Made by a program: the position numbers and the translations under genes
DNA from: an uncultured Candidatus Woesearchaeota archaeon
GTDB taxonomy: Archaea; Nanobdellota; Nanobdellia; Woesearchaeales; UBA525
Reading direction: 5' to 3'
DNA: 64,000 nucleotides
Assembly (NCBI GenBank): GCA_963724455.1
Contig: CAVRUV010000042.1
Coordinates: 2,468-66,467, forward strand
The notes under the pieces: model-generated
What the model was told of the DNA's origin: nothing
Seen by the model: the letters and a program-made list of their open reading frames with translations, nothing else
The model's database searches: none
Shown here: positions 37,458 to 48,923 of the stretch, in pieces
Layout: each line of letters begins with the position of its first letter
Position numbering within the stretch: position 1 is the stretch's first letter

Positions 37458-39707
37458 ATGGCAAAAAATACTAAGCTGATAATTGAAGGCATGCATTGCG
37501 CAAGTTGTGCTACACTAATAACCAAGGGACTCACAAAAGTTCCTGGTGTAAGCTCAGCAAATGTCAACTATGCAACGCATAAAGCGAGCATTAGCTATGA
37601 TGATGCGCTAATAGATGAAGCAGATGGCGCAAAAAAAATAAAATTCGAAGCAGAACTAATTGCCGCAGTCGAAAAAAAAGGATATCATGCAAGAATTTTT
37701 ACTGAAGAGAATCCCGATGAACAACGTAAACGCGAAAGATTAGAACAGTTAAGACTTAAGAAATTATTCTTCACAGGATTGATTTTTGCAATTCCAGCAT
37801 TGATTATAGGCATGGTATTTATGCCAGACGGCCTTGCATATGCAGGATATAACTTGCCTAATGCAGCATTCATATTGTTCTTGCTTGCAACGCCAGTACA
37901 ATTCATAATTGGCTGGGATTTCTACAGAGGAGCATGGTCTGCGCTAAAAAATGGCAGCGCCAATATGGATAGCTTGATCGCTCTAGGAACTAGCGCAGCT
38001 TATGCGTACAGCGTATACTTACTATTCTTCACAAATGAAATGGCGCAATACTTTGAAGTTAGCGCCGTTCTAATCACATTAGTCTTGCTTGGAAAACTCC
38101 TCGAGAACGCAGCAAAGGGAAAAACCTCGGAAGCAATTCGCGCACTAATGAGCATACAACCAAAAACCGCAACCGTAGTGCGCAACAACAGCGAGATACA
38201 GATTCCTATTGATGATGTGGTTGAAGGAGATATTGTCATTGTGAAGCCTGGCGAAAAAGTACCAGTTGACGGAATAATAATTGAAGGCAATACTTCAATT
38301 GATGAAAGCATGATTACTGGAGAAAGCATTCCTACCGATAAAGCAGTTGGTAGTTCAGTAATTGGCGGAACAGTCAATAAAAATGGAAGCATCACATTCA
38401 AAGCAACAAAAGTTGGTGCAAATACTACGCTTGCGCAGATTGTAAAATTAATTGAAGATGCACAAGGTAAAAAAGCTCCAATAGAAAGATTCGCAGATAC
38501 CATCTCGGCGTATTTTGTTCCAATCGTCATTGCGCTATCAATAATAACATTCAGCACTTGGTACTTCATTGTAGGCGAGCCATTCTCGTTTGCTCTGCAA
38601 ACAGCAATTGCTGTACTAGTAATTGCTTGCCCGTGCGCTCTTGGTCTAGCAACACCAACTGCAATAATGGTAGGAACAGGAAAAGGCGCAAAGCACGGCA
38701 TACTCATCAAAGGAGGAGAGGCCCTAGAAATTGCGCACAACACAAAAGCGATTGTGTTTGATAAGACTGGAACAATAACAAATGGTACACCCGCACTTAC
38801 TGATGCAGTACCTTATCATGGATTAACACAGCACGAACTGCTCTATATTGCAGCAAGTGTTGAGAGAAGATCTGAACACCCATTAGCACAAGCAATCGTT
38901 GAGTACGCAATAAAAAACAAGATTATACTGCATTCTCCTCAGGAGTTCACTGCAATTCCCGGTTATGGAATATCTGCAAGACTTAATAATCATAAATTCT
39001 TTTTCGGCAATCAAAAACTGATGAAAGAGCATAATATCGACATCAGTGATGCAGTTGCACAAATCGAAAGCCTTGAAGATAATGGAAAGACAGTCATGTT
39101 ATTATCGACAGAACATAAACTTGTGGGAATAATTGCAGTCGCAGATACAATAAAAGCTAATGCAAGAGAAGTTGTATCGAAGCTTAAACGCATGAATATT
39201 GATGTGTATATGATAACCGGCGATAACAAGCGAACCGCTCATGCCATTGCAAAACAAGCTGGAATTGATAATGATAAGATCTTTGCGGAAGTATTGCCGC
39301 AAAATAAGGCGCATCACGTCAAGCAATTGCAGCATGATGGAAAATACAAAGTAGCAATGATAGGAGATGGCGTTAATGATGCACCGGCTCTAGCGCAAGC
39401 AGATATTGGAATTGCAATGGGTTCAGGAACAGATGTTGCAATGGAAACAGGCAACATCGTATTGATGCGTAGCGACTTAAGCGATGTTCCTCGCGCACTA
39501 AGATTGAGCAGGCTCACCATGGGAAAAATAAAACAGAACATGTTCTGGGCGATGTTCTACAATATCATAGGAATCCCGATTGCTGCAGGCGTATTGTATT
39601 ACAGCACAGGATGGCTACTATCACCAATAATTGCAGGTGGTGCAATGGCATTAAGCTCAGTTAGCGTCGTAACAAATTCATTATTATTAAAAACAAAAAG
39701 TTTGTAA
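37458..39707 (+). CDS. copA: Cu(I)-translocating P1B-type ATPase
   Basis: N-terminal GMHCASCA HMA domain, TM CPC motif (ACPCALGLATP), DKTGTIT phosphorylation site and GDGVNDAPAL hinge. Confidence 0.95.
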   Translation: MAKNTKLIIEGMHCASCATLITKGLTKVPGVSSANVNYATHKASISYDDALIDEADGAKKIKFEAELIAAVEKKGYHARIFTEENPDEQRKRERLEQLRLKKLFFTGLIFAIPALIIGMVFMPDGLAYAGYNLPNAAFILFLLATPVQFIIGWDFYRGAWSALKNGSANMDSLIALGTSAAYAYSVYLLFFTNEMAQYFEVSAVLITLVLLGKLLENAAKGKTSEAIRALMSIQPKTATVVRNNSEIQIPIDDVVEGDIVIVKPGEKVPVDGIIIEGNTSIDESMITGESIPTDKAVGSSVIGGTVNKNGSITFKATKVGANTTLAQIVKLIEDAQGKKAPIERFADTISAYFVPIVIALSIITFSTWYFIVGEPFSFALQTAIAVLVIACPCALGLATPTAIMVGTGKGAKHGILIKGGEALEIAHNTKAIVFDKTGTITNGTPALTDAVPYHGLTQHELLYIAASVERRSEHPLAQAIVEYAIKNKIILHSPQEFTAIPGYGISARLNNHKFFFGNQKLMKEHNIDISDAVAQIESLEDNGKTVMLLSTEHKLVGIIAVADTIKANAREVVSKLKRMNIDVYMITGDNKRTAHAIAKQAGIDNDKIFAEVLPQNKAHHVKQLQHDGKYKVAMIGDGVNDAPALAQADIGIAMGSGTDVAMETGNIVLMRSDLSDVPRALRLSRLTMGKIKQNMFWAMFYNIIGIPIAAGVLYYSTGWLLSPIIAGGAMALSSVSVVTNSLLLKTKSL

Positions 39708-39745
39708 ATATAAATTTCGTATAACAAAAATCAAAGAGGTACACA

Positions 39746-39979
39746 ATGAAACCGTGGATACTGCTAACATTAGGAGTTATGGGTTGTCTAACAATTATTG
39801 CAATTGCAAGCATTGTAACATCAACACAAACAATAACAAAAACAGGATTTGCACAAAATAACATCGCACAACAAAATGCTGTACAAAATAACTTACCAAC
39901 TGCCAATGCACAAGATACACCCCCCCATGCAATGGGTTGTGGAATGGGAACTGGCGGCGGCTGCCGTTGCGGCGGATAA
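39746..39979 (+). CDS. small signal-anchored protein with a Cys/Gly/Met/His C-terminal tail
   Basis: MKPWILLTLGVMGCLTIIAIASIV ... DTPPHAMGCGMGTGGGCRCGG. It starts 39 nt after the copA stop. Confidence 0.5.
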   Translation: MKPWILLTLGVMGCLTIIAIASIVTSTQTITKTGFAQNNIAQQNAVQNNLPTANAQDTPPHAMGCGMGTGGGCRCGG

Positions 39980-40035
39980 ATCAATAAAAAAATTAAAACA
40001 AAAAATAAAATAATTAATATCATCAGGTGAATATC

Positions 40036-40794
40036 ATGAAAGAACATACGATTCCAATAACGATAACTTTACTCATACTAATTGTAGGAAGCGTATATTA
40101 CTTCAATATTGTAGTACCTGAACAGAATCTCATAAAGAACTCTGCGCAAATATACAAAGATGCGAGAATAAAAGTTGCATTTTCGCCAGAAGGAAATATG
40201 AAGTTATTTGTCAATACAAAAAATAGCGAGCTTGCAAAACTAAAAATCTCAGAAGGATCAAATCTCCCAGAAACAACAAGCATCGTAGTTGGCGCAAGTG
40301 AAGCTGAAATGATGCGTAAAGAAAAGCTCTTTGCAAACATTGGAGACCCTATTAAAGGATTATTTGGCATCGATACAACCATTGGCAGGATATTAAAAAA
40401 ACGTGGAGACTTTACCGATGATGTACATTTTGTTAGCGATGTACAATTTGCCACGTTGCAAGCTGATGAGAATCGTATATTTGTAAAAATAACGCCAGAA
40501 GATGACGTTGAACTAATGTATCATTACACAATCGATACAATTCCTAAAATAATTCTTAGTGAAGGAAATATGAGTGATTACAAAATAAAGGTAATCGACA
40601 ACAAGACCTATGTCCCGTTAATACTCGGTGCAACTGACGCTGAAATGATGCGTAAAGAGGGTGAATTCAAAAATATTGGCGATACAGAAGAAGGATTCGG
40701 AATTGATTTTGTTATAATCGGTATTGCAAACAAGACAAATAGCGCAATGGACATGATGCACATAACTCCATTGGAAGCTAAGGATATAGAATAA
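40036..40794 (+). CDS. membrane-anchored protein with an internal two-fold repeat
   Basis: VVGASEAEMMRKEKLFANIGDPIKGLFGIDTTIG aligns with ILGATDAEMMRKEGEFKNIGDTEEGFGIDFVIIG. The track start at 40027 is a GTG, so the ATG at 40036 is preferred. Confidence 0.6.
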   Translation: MKEHTIPITITLLILIVGSVYYFNIVVPEQNLIKNSAQIYKDARIKVAFSPEGNMKLFVNTKNSELAKLKISEGSNLPETTSIVVGASEAEMMRKEKLFANIGDPIKGLFGIDTTIGRILKKRGDFTDDVHFVSDVQFATLQADENRIFVKITPEDDVELMYHYTIDTIPKIILSEGNMSDYKIKVIDNKTYVPLILGATDAEMMRKEGEFKNIGDTEEGFGIDFVIIGIANKTNSAMDMMHITPLEAKDIE

Positions 40795-40811
40795 AGCATG
40801 AAGGAGAATAT

Positions 40812-41264
40812 ATGCAAGATACATCCACTAAACAATCTAGAAAAGAAGAGCGACGTGCGCAAGAAAAGATTATTCAAGATAATTCAAAAGCGCGAGCACG
40901 AAATAAACGCATCATTCATTACACAATACTTATTGTGGTGATTAGTATTGTTGCATACTTGATTTTTTTAATTGCAAAACCAGATAATACGCCTGGAAAA
41001 TATGATTCATTCGCGCAATGCATCACAAGCAAGGGCGCAATAATGTACGGCACTAACTGGTGTCCTCATTGTCAAGCGCAGAAAAAAGAGTTTGGCAATT
41101 CATTTAGATATATTATATTCATCGACTGTGATGCTAACAAAGTTGCATGCGATTTAGCTGGCGCTAAAGGATACCCGACGTGGGTATTTTCCGATGCAAC
41201 CTCTATATCAGGAGAACAAGATTTCGCTACACTAGCTGAAAGAACAGGATGCAGCATAAACTGA
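40812..41264 (+). CDS. membrane-anchored thioredoxin-fold protein (CPHC)
   Basis: TM segment then MYGTNWCPHCQAQKKEF...KGYPTWVF. Confidence 0.7.
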   Translation: MQDTSTKQSRKEERRAQEKIIQDNSKARARNKRIIHYTILIVVISIVAYLIFLIAKPDNTPGKYDSFAQCITSKGAIMYGTNWCPHCQAQKKEFGNSFRYIIFIDCDANKVACDLAGAKGYPTWVFSDATSISGEQDFATLAERTGCSIN

Positions 41265-41303
41265 AAACAATAATTATAACCAACAATTATTACTTAGAAA
41301 AAT

Positions 41304-42464
41304 CTATTTTACATTCTTTGCCAATTTCAGCATGTGCTCTTGTTCATCTACGTCAATTACATAGATTGGAGTTTTTCCTTTATGAAGTTTTATCGGAAGT
41401 CCTTTCTGCAAGTTAGCTTTTTTATCTAGAACTATCCCAAAACAATCAAGGTCTATTAGTATTCTCTCTCGCATCTTATGAGATCTTGCAATGCCGCCGC
41501 CTAGCACAACCAAATCAACTCCTCCAAGTATTGCAACATAAGAGCCTATGCGCATTCGTATCTTGTGCGCGAACAAGTCAAGCGCTAGTTTAGCATTTGC
41601 ATCGCCGGATTTTTCTTTTGCAAGCAAATCGCGAACATCGCAAGCTCCACCAACTGCTAACAGTCCACTTTTTTCTTCTAGCATACTCAAGCAGGATTCT
41701 GCATTCATGCCTTCATGGGATAATAAGAACGGCATTATGGCCGGATCAATATCTCCGCTACGTGTTCCCATCATAACTCCTTCTAGAGGAGTAAAGCCCA
41801 TGCTTGTCTCTATACTTTTTCCGCCTTTGATTGCGCATAAGCTTACACCATTGCCGAGCTGACAAGTTATAATTTTTAGCTGCTTGTAATTCTTCTTTTC
41901 AAGTCTTGCTGCCTCTTGCGCCATTGCTTCGTGCGCAATGCCGTGAAATCCATAACGAATTATGTTGTGTTTATTCGCAAGGTCTTGAGGAATAGGGTAT
42001 GTTTTTGCAACAAGCGGCATATTTGCATGAAACATTGTATCAAAACAAACTATTCCATTAACGTGCTGCTCGGCAAATAATTCCATCAGCTCGATTGCGT
42101 GCGGCAAGTGCAGTGGCGCAAGAACTGATAGCTTGTGCAATTCTGCTATTAGCTCTTTTGTAATTTTTGCAGATTCAGTATGTTTTCCACCATGCACTGC
42201 GCGATGCACTACAAGAGCAACATCATATTCGCGCATGAGGGATAATATTAGCATTCCTGCTTCTTTATGATTTTTTATCGGAACCGACTGTTCATTCTTC
42301 TCAGGAATATTTTTTGTTCCTGTAGTTACTTCCAGAGTTGCGCCAGTACTTGTTCCTATTCTATCAACTACTCCATCCATAACGATTGTTGGTTTAGATG
42401 TGCTTGTTGCATAAAGTCTAAACTTGACACTAGAACTTCCGGCGTTGATGATTAACGTATGCAT
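41304..42464 (-). CDS. ackA: acetate (short-chain acyl) kinase
   Basis: N-terminal IINAGSSSVKF and the ASKHA-fold pattern (RYGFHGIAH, TCQLGNGVS). Downstream of xfp on the same strand. Confidence 0.85.
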   Translation of the reverse strand: MHTLIINAGSSSVKFRLYATSTSKPTIVMDGVVDRIGTSTGATLEVTTGTKNIPEKNEQSVPIKNHKEAGMLILSLMREYDVALVVHRAVHGGKHTESAKITKELIAELHKLSVLAPLHLPHAIELMELFAEQHVNGIVCFDTMFHANMPLVAKTYPIPQDLANKHNIIRYGFHGIAHEAMAQEAARLEKKNYKQLKIITCQLGNGVSLCAIKGGKSIETSMGFTPLEGVMMGTRSGDIDPAIMPFLLSHEGMNAESCLSMLEEKSGLLAVGGACDVRDLLAKEKSGDANAKLALDLFAHKIRMRIGSYVAILGGVDLVVLGGGIARSHKMRERILIDLDCFGIVLDKKANLQKGLPIKLHKGKTPIYVIDVDEQEHMLKLAKNVK

Positions 42465-42623
42465 ATGTCCTCAGTATTATTAATAAAAAAATAATTAAAA
42501 AATAATAAACGAAAATAATAAATTAAAATAATAAACTAAACTAAAAAAATAAACTAAAATAAAAAATAAAGATAATAAACAAATAAACTAATTAAAAAAA
42601 TAATTCAGGATTTATTTATTCAC

Positions 42624-44975
42624 TCAATCCCAACTCCAGTTATTCACATTGGTAGGGTCGTGACCGTTTGCTACAATGTACTCCCTATGTTCAGCAATTG
42701 CTGATTCAAACTGCGCAATTAGCAAGTGTGCCTTGCTTGCAACCTTTGAATTATGCTTTGCTGCATACTTGAGCGCGCGAATCGCAATATGGTATCTGCT
42801 TATGTTGTTTCTTAGGAACATATCAAATGGTGTTGTAGTTGTTCCATGCTCGATATAACCATATATGTGGAATCTTTCAGCATTCGGCCTATCAAATAAC
42901 AATTGTTTTATTGCACCAGGATAACCGTGGAAAGAGAAAATGACTTGCCTATTATCTGTAAAGATATCTTTGAAAGTCAGTTCATCCAAGCTATTTGCGT
43001 AGAACTCATCTTTTCCAAGAACATTGAGTTCACTCACATTAACAAATCTTATTCGCAGTTCTGGAATTAATCTACGCAACATATGAATGCTCGCAAGCGC
43101 CTCTTGTGTTTGATAATCACCACATGCTGCAATAACAACATCAGGATTATCATGGCTTGCAAACTCCCAAACAGCTGCACCTATCTTGCATTGTTCAATT
43201 GCTTCATTATATGTGAGCCATTGTCTGATAAGCTGTTTATCAGATACAACAATATTTACTCTATTGCTAGATTGCAAGCAGTGCTCTGTTACAGCAAGAC
43301 ACATATTCGCGTCAGCAGGCAAGTAGATTCGAATGAGTTTCTGCTCTTGCGCCTTGTTGAGGAACGTGTTGATAAAACCAGGATTCTGATGTGAGAAACC
43401 ATTATGGTCCTGTCTCCAGCATACTGATGTTAACAAATATGTTATCGGCGGCACTGGAGTTCTCCACTCATAATCTTGGCTTAATTGCAAGAACTTCAAG
43501 TATTGGCTTGCCATTGATTCAATGATCGGCAAGAATGCTTCATAGCTTGGGAAGATACCATATCTTCCAGTTAATGTATATCCTTGCAGCCATGCTTGAC
43601 AAGTATGCTCAGAGAGGATTTCCATAACTCTGCCGTCAGGATTAAGCGTATTATCATCAGAATTGTGTGGCCAGACATAAGCTCTATGGACCGACTCAAG
43701 TACTGCATGCAGTCTGTTGCTCTCAAGTTCATCCGGACTCATAATTCTGAAGTTTCTGTTCTTCTGATTTAGAACAAATACATCTTTTAGATAGCGTCCA
43801 AGCACTGGCATACTACCAGCCATCTCATGACCACGACGTTTTAGAGGTACTTCGAATTTTACAACCTTTGGCAAGAGCAATGTTTTTCTTACATTACCAC
43901 CGAGTGCGTGCGGGCATGAACCAATTCTATAATCTCCTTTAGGTACATACTCAAGCAAATCTTTTCTAATCGCTCCTTTTGGGAAAAGCTTTTGTGGGTT
44001 ATAACTACGAAACCAACCATCTAAAGCTATGAGTGCTTTTGGATTTGTTTTTGCATCCTTAGCAGGAACCTGATGGCATCGATAACTTCCTTCGTAGCGT
44101 TTTCCTTCAAAGACTTTGATGCCAGACCATCCTTTTAGTGTGCGCATGATAATCATTGGCCACTTTGGTTTTAGCGCTACTGGTTTTGTCTTTGATTTTC
44201 TTGCTGCAGCTTGAATCTGCTTGATTCTTTTGTAGCAATAGTCTATTGTCGCAGCCATCTTTTTATGATCTGGACCGACGAATAATGGTTCATAGCCATA
44301 ACCGATAAAAAGGCTCTTGAGTTCAGCATCGCTCATTGTTCCATAGATCGTTGGGTTGCTAATCTTATAGCCGTTCACGTGAATAATCGGAAGGACTGCA
44401 CCATCAGTTCTTGGGTTGATGAACTTGTTTGAGTGCCATGCTGTTGCAGTAGGACCGGTCTCTGCTTCACCATCACCAACAATTGCTACAGAGATAAGAT
44501 CAGGATTATCTAGAATTGCGCCGAACGCAGTTGCTAGCGAGTACCCTAGTTCTCCACCCTCGTGGATGCAGCCAGGAACTCCCGGGTTTAGGTGACTTGG
44601 AAATCCACCAGGCCAGCAAAAGCTCTTAATGAGATTATTTAGGCCGTCAGTATCTGGCGTAAGGTCCGGATAGTATGGTTCAAGACTTCCTTCCATAAAA
44701 TCATTAGCTAAAATTGCAGCAAAACCATGACCTGGGCCTGTTAAGAGAAGAGTTTTTGTTTTGTGTTTGGTAATAGCAAGGTTCAGATGTGTGTAGATGA
44801 AATTGATTCCTGGGCAAGTTCCCCAATGGCCAAGCAATGCATCTTTTATGTCGGCTGATTGCAATTTTCGCTCAAGCAAACAGTTGTCTTTTAGATAGAC
44901 TGCGCTAGCTGCGATATACGTTGTTGCCTTCCAATACTCCTGCGCCCATTTGAGCTCTTTAGCTGATAGAACCAT
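42624..44975 (-). CDS. xfp: xylulose-5-P/fructose-6-P phosphoketolase
   Basis: 783 aa with LGHWGTCPGINFIY, HEGGELGYSL and VGDGEAETGP signatures. Confidence 0.95.
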   Translation of the reverse strand: MVLSAKELKWAQEYWKATTYIAASAVYLKDNCLLERKLQSADIKDALLGHWGTCPGINFIYTHLNLAITKHKTKTLLLTGPGHGFAAILANDFMEGSLEPYYPDLTPDTDGLNNLIKSFCWPGGFPSHLNPGVPGCIHEGGELGYSLATAFGAILDNPDLISVAIVGDGEAETGPTATAWHSNKFINPRTDGAVLPIIHVNGYKISNPTIYGTMSDAELKSLFIGYGYEPLFVGPDHKKMAATIDYCYKRIKQIQAAARKSKTKPVALKPKWPMIIMRTLKGWSGIKVFEGKRYEGSYRCHQVPAKDAKTNPKALIALDGWFRSYNPQKLFPKGAIRKDLLEYVPKGDYRIGSCPHALGGNVRKTLLLPKVVKFEVPLKRRGHEMAGSMPVLGRYLKDVFVLNQKNRNFRIMSPDELESNRLHAVLESVHRAYVWPHNSDDNTLNPDGRVMEILSEHTCQAWLQGYTLTGRYGIFPSYEAFLPIIESMASQYLKFLQLSQDYEWRTPVPPITYLLTSVCWRQDHNGFSHQNPGFINTFLNKAQEQKLIRIYLPADANMCLAVTEHCLQSSNRVNIVVSDKQLIRQWLTYNEAIEQCKIGAAVWEFASHDNPDVVIAACGDYQTQEALASIHMLRRLIPELRIRFVNVSELNVLGKDEFYANSLDELTFKDIFTDNRQVIFSFHGYPGAIKQLLFDRPNAERFHIYGYIEHGTTTTPFDMFLRNNISRYHIAIRALKYAAKHNSKVASKAHLLIAQFESAIAEHREYIVANGHDPTNVNNWSWD

Positions 44976-45070
44976 GCTGCCTCACCATCTCCTCGTTACA
45001 AAAATCAGTATGAATTACTTATTTATTGTTAGTTTTAACGTCGACAAAAACACATTAGTTTTAGTCTGCG

Positions 45071-45160
45071 GTGCCGCCTTGAAGTTATCCAGAAATCAAG
45101 CCGATTCATGCAGGCTTGATTTCGCAAAGGCTGCCGGTGGCAGTAAATGCTTCGCGGCAC
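45071..45160 (+). repeat. structured intergenic element, copy A (candidate ncRNA)
   Basis: GTGCCGC-CTT-GAAG ... CCA-[GAAATCAAGCC]-GATTCATGCA-[GGCTTGATTTC]-GCAA ... CTTC-GCGGCAC. See the first finding. Confidence 0.7.
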
Positions 45161-45255
45161 AGTTGTTTTAATAGAGAATCGTCTTTTAAACCTTTCGAAG
45201 AGAAAAGAGATAATATATGAAAAACCTCATAAACCCCTAAAGATACCCGTAGTTT

Positions 45256-45927
45256 ATGCGAATCGGTATATTATTCTCATCAGGTAAAGACAGCACAGCG
45301 ACCTTATGGCACGCTATAGCCCAAGACCATGAAGTCGTATGCTTATTATCGCTAATACCAGAAAATACCGACTCATACATGTTTCAAGCGCCGCATAAAG
45401 AACTCTTGCTTATGCAAGCAAAAAGCCTTGAACTGCCAATCATCTTCCAGCAAACAAAGGGCGAGAAAGAAGAAGAGTTAGAAGATCTAATAACACTACT
45501 AAAGCGCGCAATAGATGAATACAAAATCGAAGGCATTGGAGCTGGCGCGCTAGCATCAGAATACCAATATGATAGGATTGCAAAGATTGCGCAAGATCTT
45601 GATATCAAGACATTCACACCATTATGGCGCAAGGACCAAGAACAACACATGAGAGAAATCATCTGCGCAGGATTTGATATACGAATGACGCGAGTTGCAG
45701 CCGATGGCCTTGATAAAAGCTGGCTCGGGCATAAACTAACATTAAGCGATGTTGACAAGCTCGTTGAAATCAATAAAAAACTAAAGATAAACATCGCCGG
45801 CGAAGGCGGTGAATTCGAAACAATAGTCCTTGATGGCCCGATGTTCAAATTCCCAATAGAAGTTTCGTATAACATACATATGGAAAATGAACGCAGAGGA
45901 GAATTGCGCATAACAGAAGTGAAATGA
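45256..45927 (+). CDS. PP-loop ATP pyrophosphatase, MJ0570/Dph6-like (diphthine-ammonia ligase family)
   Basis: MRIGILFSSGKDSTATL PP-loop, about 220 aa, and GEGGEFET near the C-terminus. Confidence 0.7.
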   Translation: MRIGILFSSGKDSTATLWHAIAQDHEVVCLLSLIPENTDSYMFQAPHKELLLMQAKSLELPIIFQQTKGEKEEELEDLITLLKRAIDEYKIEGIGAGALASEYQYDRIAKIAQDLDIKTFTPLWRKDQEQHMREIICAGFDIRMTRVAADGLDKSWLGHKLTLSDVDKLVEINKKLKINIAGEGGEFETIVLDGPMFKFPIEVSYNIHMENERRGELRITEVK

Positions 45928-46304
45928 TGGAATCGTACTTCGGATTATCGGCAAAGAGATGGTATGATGAATTCTCAAAAAAAGGAATGGATATTTTTTC
46001 AGAAAACAGCGTTCCAGATTCTGATATTTTAATTATTTTAGGACGATGCTGTGTTGGAAGAGAAATTATCACACCAGTTTTAATAAAAAATAACTGGACA
46101 TTGGATAGATTCATTGAAGCTGAAAAAAAACTTGGTGTTGATACAGAAAGTCTTCAAATGATGGTTGGTGAATATTTAGAATATAGTAACATTGACCATA
46201 GAAGAATGAATCCTCGTGAGATGAGAGCGCTTATTGATTCCAATTTTGACCTCAGAACTCTCATGAGCAAAGGAGCCACCGCACTTCAAAATTATAAACA
46301 TTAA
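45924..46304 (+). CDS. hypothetical protein
   Basis: 126 aa. ATGA overlap with the upstream gene. Confidence 0.45.
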   Translation: MMESYFGLSAKRWYDEFSKKGMDIFSENSVPDSDILIILGRCCVGREIITPVLIKNNWTLDRFIEAEKKLGVDTESLQMMVGEYLEYSNIDHRRMNPREMRALIDSNFDLRTLMSKGATALQNYKH

Positions 46305-46503
46305 ATGAAAATTAATTGAATCTTTTTACAATCAATCATTTTTTACAATCATTCATAAGTTTAATAACACATAAATAATTTTCATTCATAATCCTCTAAC
46401 TAATAATTCCTAAATAATCCTACTAATCCATAATTTTTAATAAATTTATTTCAGACTTATTTTTTATAAAAACATACTTAAACACTGCAATAAATAATAT
46501 GGC

Positions 46504-46758
46504 GTGGCTGAACATAAACATACCGGCGGAACAAAAGAATTTGTCTACACAAAAGAAGATGATGAACGCATTAGAAATACAGACACTAATTCTACAAGAG
46601 CATTCAAACACGCACTGTATGCACATCAAGCAAAAAAGAAACTAGAAGAAATACATAAATTAGAAAAACAACAAACCCAAATTAAAGGCATCATCATTCT
46701 ATTAATCACCCTATTTACCCTTTTATTCATACTCATGCTGCTCAGAATATTCCAATAA
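46504..46758 (+). CDS. small tail-anchored hypothetical protein
   Basis: 84 aa with a GTG start in the track and a C-terminal TM segment IIILLITLFTLLFILMLL. Weak call. Confidence 0.3.
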   Translation: MAEHKHTGGTKEFVYTKEDDERIRNTDTNSTRAFKHALYAHQAKKKLEEIHKLEKQQTQIKGIIILLITLFTLLFILMLLRIFQ

Positions 46759-46807
46759 AACGCCTTGTGCGCAGAGCATTTCTCGTCAACAACCCAAACC
46801 AATATAA

Positions 46808-48808
<2,001 letters not shown>

Positions 48809-48840
48809 AGATTATTTTAATTTCTTATTAGTCAATAATT

Positions 48841-48923
48841 GTCGCCTTGGAGCTCTCCAGAAATTATGCCGATTCATGCAGGCATAATTTCGCAATAGGA
48901 CGACGTGACAAAAGCTCCGCGAC
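48841..48923 (+). repeat. structured intergenic element, copy B (candidate ncRNA)
   Basis: GTCGC-CTT-GGAG ... CCA-[GAAATTATGCC]-GATTCATGCA-[GGCATAATTTC]-GCAA ... CTCC-GCGAC. It starts 33 nt after the gyrB stop. Confidence 0.7.

Noticed and set aside
38000-38743. Long antisense or out-of-frame ORFs inside strong genes. Examples are 38000..38743 in copA, 47686..48351 in gyrB, 60303..60995 in topA, 45384..45911 in the dph6-like gene, 14644..14985 and 16980..17336 in surface genes, and 33504..33821.
   Set aside because: Each lies wholly within a gene with unambiguous family motifs on the other strand or frame. Their sequences are compositionally odd (Ser, Cys and Leu-rich), typical of shadow ORFs.
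39661-40047. A 128-aa minus-strand ORF spanning the copA end, the small Cys-tail ORF and the next gene start.
   Set aside because: It overlaps three plus-strand genes in an otherwise strictly plus-strand operon and has no motif. It is judged spurious, although it competes with the 77-aa ORF call.
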